Source: Candidatus Hydrogenedentota bacterium
Lineage (GTDB): Bacteria > Hydrogenedentota > Hydrogenedentia > Hydrogenedentales > SLHB01
NCBI GenBank assembly: GCA_045863295.1
Contig: BTWA01000040.1
Coordinates: 1 to 48,014 of the forward strand
Length of the DNA stretch: 48,014 nucleotides
Direction of reading: 5' to 3'
The notes beneath the pieces are model-generated. The model searched no databases. It was given only the letters and a program-made list of their open reading frames with translations, and was not told the origin of the DNA. Shown piece by piece: positions 46,520-48,014 of the stretch (its first letter is position 1; each line of letters starts with the position of its first letter). The translations under genes were made by a program, and so were the position numbers.

Positions 46520-47866
46520 ATGAACGTCAAATGCCTATGGCCGCTCGTTGCACTGTTGTGTATTTCATTTTACCCCGGTTTTGCCCAGGAAGTCGCCGCC
46601 GTCACGCAAGAATCACCTGAGGACCGCGATGCACGCATGCAATGGTGGCGCGAAGCCCGGTTCGGCATGTTCATCCACTGGGGCGTGTACAGCGTACCCG
46701 CGGGCACGTACAACGGGGAACAAATCCCCGGAATCGGCGAGTGGATCATGTTGCGCGGAAAGATTCCTGTAGACACCTATAAGGCGTATGCACAGCAATT
46801 CAATCCAATCAAGTACAATCCCGACGAATGGGTTAGCCTCGCCAAAGAAGCGGGCATGAAGTACATCGTCATTACGTCCAAACATCACGACGGTTTCGCC
46901 TTGTTTGATTCAAAGGTTACCGACTGGGACGTTGTTGATGCCACGCCCTACGGTAAGGATCTGCTGAAACCGCTCGCGGATGCATGTCAGCGGCAAGGAA
47001 TCAAGTTGGGCTTCTACTATTCGCAGGCCCAGGATTGGAATCACCCCGGAGGCGCTGCCGCAAAGGGAGGCCATTGGGACCCGAAGCAAGACGGTAACAT
47101 GGACGAATACATCGACACGATCGCAGCGCCTCAGGTCAAAGAAATCCTTTCCAATTATGGCCCTCTCGCGATTCTCTGGTGGGATACGCCCGTAGACATG
47201 ACTCCTGAACGGGCTGCGCGGCTTTTCCCACTTACCCAGTTGCAGCCCGGCATTGTCACGAACAATCGCCTCGGAGGCGGGTACAACGGCGATACTGACA
47301 CGCCGGAGCAACATATCCCTGATACTGGAATTGAAGGACGCGACTGGGAAGTCTGCATGACAATGAACGACACATGGGGATTCAAGAGCTACGACCAGAA
47401 CTGGAAAAGCACGAAGATGCTTATTCAGAACCTGATCGACATCGCCTCGAAAGGTGGCAATTACCTGCTGAACGTTGGACCCACATCGGAGGGACTGATT
47501 CCCGATCCGTCGATTGAGCGGTTGAAGGAAATAGGAACCTGGATGAAGGAAAACGGAGATGCCATCTACGGTACCACTGCGAGCCCGTTTGCCAATCTGC
47601 CTTGGGGCCGGTGCACGAAGAGAATTGCGGACGGCAATACGACACTCTACTTACACGTATTTGAATGGCCCACGAATGGCCGACTGTTGTTACCTGGTTT
47701 TGACGGCGAGATCCAAGGGGCCAACCTGTTGATAAAACCGGATTCACCGCTGGAAACAGCAAGAACAGCCGAGGGCGTGGTCATTTCGCTGGGCACCCAA
47801 TCGGTTGACCCGATTTCGTCCACAATCGTACTGAGAATTCAAGGCGAAGTGACTGCAGCGAAATAA
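46520..47866 (+). CDS. Alpha-L-fucosidase (GH29), secreted
   Basis: Signal peptide; WWREARFGMFIHWG, GEWI, TSKHHDGF, LWWD (nucleophile Asp), TPEQ, WEVCMTMNDTWGF, GGNYLLNVGP. GAGGAGG RBS before ATG 46520. Confidence 0.95.
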   Translation: MNVKCLWPLVALLCISFYPGFAQEVAAVTQESPEDRDARMQWWREARFGMFIHWGVYSVPAGTYNGEQIPGIGEWIMLRGKIPVDTYKAYAQQFNPIKYNPDEWVSLAKEAGMKYIVITSKHHDGFALFDSKVTDWDVVDATPYGKDLLKPLADACQRQGIKLGFYYSQAQDWNHPGGAAAKGGHWDPKQDGNMDEYIDTIAAPQVKEILSNYGPLAILWWDTPVDMTPERAARLFPLTQLQPGIVTNNRLGGGYNGDTDTPEQHIPDTGIEGRDWEVCMTMNDTWGFKSYDQNWKSTKMLIQNLIDIASKGGNYLLNVGPTSEGLIPDPSIERLKEIGTWMKENGDAIYGTTASPFANLPWGRCTKRIADGNTTLYLHVFEWPTNGRLLLPGFDGEIQGANLLIKPDSPLETARTAEGVVISLGTQSVDPISSTIVLRIQGEVTAAK

Positions 47867-47905
47867 GAAGTTTCCAGCAAGCAAACACAGATTAAGTGCA
47901 GTCGC

Positions 47906-48014
47906 TCAACGGCTCGCCACTCGTAGGTCACGGCGTCGCAAACGCGAAACGAATGCGGCGCCCCCGGCCCAAATACCCCGATACAACCACCAACAAATGA
48001 AGTATTCGACGGCG
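47906..48014 (-). CDS. Possible 3' end of a membrane protein gene entering from the right edge
   Basis: Open minus-strand frame from the edge (...AVEYFICWWLYRGIWAGGAAFVSRLRRRDLRVASR*), hydrophobic then basic, convergent with the fucosidase. Confidence 0.3.
   Translation of the reverse strand, partial: AVEYFICWWLYRGIWAGGAAFVSRLRRRDLRVASR

Overview
A GC-rich chromosomal window from a diderm bacterium, made up mostly of housekeeping and respiratory genes. No CRISPR array, prophage, transposase or rRNA is visible. From left to right: (1) a partial membrane anti-sigma factor with a tandemly duplicated anti-sigma domain and its ECF sigma factor; (2) a ~177-nt rod-shaped candidate ncRNA (6S-like); (3) a minus-strand run of an adrenodoxin-reductase-type FNR coupled to heme A synthase (ctaA), a SprT/M48-like metalloprotease and a membrane protein; (4) a GT39/ArnT-like glycosyltransferase and an acyl-CoA dehydrogenase with a small orphan ORF; (5) a complete ~12.6-kb operon for alternative complex III (actABCDEF plus an actG-like gene), SCO and a type A2 caa3 oxidase; (6) alpha-2-macroglobulin and pbpC separated by an antisense FkbM methyltransferase; (7) a DUF4349 lipoprotein, acs, proC-divIVA-lolA-like-maf, uvrA and tRNA-Ser(GCT); (8) a decayed four-helix-bundle gene bracketed by inverted heptamer repeats; (9) an orphan Lys-free minimal flagellin, a Hanks kinase-TPR/STAS pair and a GH29 alpha-L-fucosidase. 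The strongest leads are the FNR-ctaA coupling (it mirrors the mitochondrial Arh1/Yah1/Cox15 pathway), the unannotated rod RNA, the repeat-bracketed four-helix-bundle cassette, the possible non-contiguous A2M-pbpC operon, the duplicated anti-sigma domain and the Lys/Met-free flagellin. All calls come from reading motifs by eye; no searches were run.
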